Positions 60,821 through 63,025 of a DNA stretch of 63,025 nucleotides are shown here, in pieces. The notes beneath the pieces are model-generated. The model did no database searches and was not told where the DNA came from. It worked only from the letters and a program-made list of their open reading frames with translations. The translations under genes and the position numbers were made by a program. The stretch lies in IMG/VR virus record IMGVR_UViG_3300031413_000001, one strand, 5' to 3'. The first letter of the stretch is position 1. Every line of letters starts with the position of its first letter. The stretch is from a virus. Its lineage: Duplodnaviria > Heunggongvirae > Uroviricota > Caudoviricetes.

Positions 60821-61161
60821 ATCATCTGCTTCCTACCTACTGCAAGCTCAACAATCACTCGCTTGCTCGTTCTTTCTAATTTCTGCCTTTTATTAGTTCT
60901 GGACATCAAAGCTACTTTTCAAAGAATCACTGAATTCAAAGCCAAAGTCAGACAGATTCCACTAGGATTCGTGAACATTCAGAAACATTGGATCCAAGGG
61001 ATCTGAACATCTGATTCCAAGATATTCCGAACAATCAATTGTAATGATCAGCAACCAGAACCATGACTCTCATTCAGAGTCCTCCTGGAGTTCCATTTGA
61101 CTGAATTCCGCGGATTGCTTTCTGTAGGTTAGTTAAATACAGCTATTAAAGGAGATGGTGC

Positions 61162-61542
61162 ATGGAGATTTATTTTGATGGCGGATGTGCACCAAACCCA
61201 GGTGCGATGAGTTCCTGTATTGTAATCTGCCGCCCAGGGCAAAAGGCCCAAGCCTTTACTATGAAAGACCTGGGCCAGGGAACCAACAATGTAGCGGAGT
61301 GGTCAGCCCTCGTCTGGGCTGCTCTTTGGGCCAAAGACAATGGCGTTCAAAAGGCCACTATCTACGGCGACAGTCTCCTCGTTATCAATCAGGCCAGTGG
61401 AGCCTGGAAGATCAATAACCAGTTGCTTGCCAACTTGTTCAAACAGTTCAAGGAGGTCTCGAATGGACTTGATCTTGAGCTTTGCCATGTTTACCGGGAT
61501 TCCAATCTTGCTGGTATCTATTTGGAGCACGGAACTCTTTAG
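61162..61542 (+). CDS. rnhA: ribonuclease HI
   Basis: YFDGG, TNNVAEW, GDS.LVINQ, HVYRDSN; ends in TAG. Confidence 0.85.
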   Translation: MEIYFDGGCAPNPGAMSSCIVICRPGQKAQAFTMKDLGQGTNNVAEWSALVWAALWAKDNGVQKATIYGDSLLVINQASGAWKINNQLLANLFKQFKEVSNGLDLELCHVYRDSNLAGIYLEHGTL

Positions 61543-61757
61543 TGCATCATAACGCCCGTTTTGTTGGTGCGTTCGATGTTTTCTTCAATGAGTGCCAGTG
61601 CCCATTTTCTCTGATTGGGTGTCATTGAGTACACTTGCTCAATATCCGCCCCACCTCTCATAAACCATGTGATCTGAACCAAGTTCTTTTCCATGGCCCT
61701 TGCATCATCGGCATATTCCTGAAGCATCACTGGTACTTCTTCAGGCTCCGTGCTCAA
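61539..61757 (-). CDS. small baseplate/tail chaperone ORF, probable -1 frameshift extension of the gp26-like gene
   Basis: In the -1 frame after T TTT TTC; weak own SD. Confidence 0.55.
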   Translation of the reverse strand: MSTEPEEVPVMLQEYADDARAMEKNLVQITWFMRGGADIEQVYSMTPNQRKWALALIEENIERTNKTGVMMH

Positions 61758-61762
61758 GAGCC

Positions 61763-62605
61763 TTAGGCGAAAAAATGGCTGGGATCAAAGACCATTGCGG
61801 TCTTCCATTCATGCCCACACTTTTCGTTGGCGCACTTGACTTCGATTTCCTTGGGGATTCCGCTTTCACTCAACAGCTTGAGCTTTTCGGTGATCTTCTT
61901 GATCGTTCCGCGGTCAGTGTTCTTGATGAACTCCTGAATGTGCTTTTTGTTGGTTACTTCCCCGGTGGGTACCGTTACGGTCTCCACACAGTTACCCAAA
62001 AGATCCAAGTTCAACTCCGCGATGCGTTCAAACGCAACGTTGAAGCGTTTCTGCTTGTCTTCTTCACTCATGTCAGTGTCCAGCAGATACTGAAACATCT
62101 TTGATTCCTCAAAGGTGGTAAGATCCAGCTTGGTCTTGTCCTCAAAGTTGTAAGGACAAACACGAATCACCAGGTCGTCAGAGACGCGGATAACCGTGTC
62201 CTCGGCTTTGATGGTTTCCGCAGCACCCAATAGTCCTCGGATGCTGGTGTCAGTGGAGAACTCATGCTTGCACTCAGGGCATGTTACGTTGACTTCCAGT
62301 GCGTCACCATAGCTTGCCAGCTTGATGGCTAGAAGCAATACGTCCATATCGGGAACGCTGATCTTTCGTGGTGCCTTGATTGCTGGAACGCAACTGCGAA
62401 AGAGGTTTTCCAGTGCATCGCCGTTGAGCAACGCATCGGGGTTCTTCAACACGATCTCATCCTTGGCAGTCATTGGGAAAACAGCAACTTCGCCGTTCAT
62501 GGCAGTATCAATTTCACCTTTGGCAAAGAACTGTCCAGCAGTTGGAAGTGTCTGCTGAACGTTGGCAATGCGAAAGTGACCGGCTAGTGGATTGTTGGAT
62601 TCCAT
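61763..62605 (-). CDS. baseplate hub assembly protein (T4 gp26-like)
   Basis: LPT.G, PMTAKDE, IKLASYG, CPEC, C..C, terminal FF. Confidence 0.75.
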   Translation of the reverse strand: MESNNPLAGHFRIANVQQTLPTAGQFFAKGEIDTAMNGEVAVFPMTAKDEIVLKNPDALLNGDALENLFRSCVPAIKAPRKISVPDMDVLLLAIKLASYGDALEVNVTCPECKHEFSTDTSIRGLLGAAETIKAEDTVIRVSDDLVIRVCPYNFEDKTKLDLTTFEESKMFQYLLDTDMSEEDKQKRFNVAFERIAELNLDLLGNCVETVTVPTGEVTNKKHIQEFIKNTDRGTIKKITEKLKLLSESGIPKEIEVKCANEKCGHEWKTAMVFDPSHFFA

Positions 62606-62664
62606 TGATGCCTCCTATATTCACACATATTTACCACGTACTTAAAAGCCCTGGTTTATAGCCG

Positions 62665-62672
62665 TATAAATA
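62665..62672 (+). promoter_or_regulatory. T4-type late promoter TATAAATA (divergent partner at 62628-62633)
   Basis: Exact T4 late consensus upstream of an ORF. Confidence 0.7.
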
Positions 62673-62694
62673 ATGGACACCACTGGGGAGCGCC

Positions 62695-63025
62695 ATGTCT
62701 GACCTGACATATGAGCAGATGAAAGTTCTGTTCGAAAACCTACAAGATCGACTGGACAAGACCGCTGGCGACAAGCTGAGCCAAGAAGAGCTTGAGCGCA
62801 TTCGCGAGATCCTGGACAAGACTCAAAAGACGATCGCCAAAAATCAAACGCAGGGAAAGTCCGCTGACCCCAAGTTGATCATCAATGAGTTCTTCAATCA
62901 GTGGCGTTCCAATGCACCTCTTCGCGAACTCACGGCTGCACAAAAGTCGGGAAATCGTGGCAATGGTCCGGTATCCAGTCCGGGCAACACCTTTATTGAA
63001 CGACAGCTTCGCGACCGCGCGGCGG
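62695..63025 (+). CDS. partial late protein (possibly tape measure)
   Basis: GGGGAG SD, open to window end, MSDLTYEQMKVLF... Confidence 0.55.
   Translation, partial: MSDLTYEQMKVLFENLQDRLDKTAGDKLSQEELERIREILDKTQKTIAKNQTQGKSADPKLIINEFFNQWRSNAPLRELTAAQKSGNRGNGPVSSPGNTFIERQLRDRAA

Noticed and set aside
60330-61006. ORFs 60330-60689 (-) and 60743-61006 (+)
   Set aside because: No SD, atypical composition, and overlap with strong RNA structure.
1-63025. Genome-wide TAG reassignment (alternative genetic code)
   Set aside because: Very long genes are open under code 11, only pth2 shows an internal TAG, and two genes appear to stop at TAG.
1-63025. CRISPR array or diversity-generating retroelement
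   Set aside because: No regularly spaced direct repeats, cas genes or reverse transcriptase seen.

Overview
63 kb of a large T4-related (jumbo-type) myophage genome, about 53% GC. An alphaproteobacterial host is inferred from codon style and a signal-peptide protein. 1-26 kb is an accessory block: CoaD, MoxR AAA+ with a VWA/peptidase partner, ClpP, RNA ligase 1, ATP-grasp protein, CysRS, K+ channel, truncated GlyRS-like enzyme, Pth2, Pnkp, HNH nuclease and ThyX. 26-51 kb is a minus-strand tail/baseplate module that includes a 3710-aa protein. 51-63 kb holds a gp55 late sigma factor, gp47/gp46, a divergent RlmN-like radical SAM enzyme, a resolvase, RNase H and gp26. Best leads: (1) an amber (CUA) suppressor tRNA, a Pth2 gene whose only good start lies upstream of an in-frame TAG, and an aaRS core with no anticodon-binding domain, together a candidate amber-gated translation module; (2) a ~550-nt highly structured ncRNA behind a late promoter, between a possibly TnpB-derived RuvC-less gene and RNase H; (3) about 15 dispersed and tandem paralogs with W...F-x-D-x-x-x-A-M-x-F-K-L motifs; (4) tRNA-like and other structured RNAs in intergenic gaps; (5) a -1 frameshift at the end of gp26. 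All calls come from reading motifs by eye; no searches were run.
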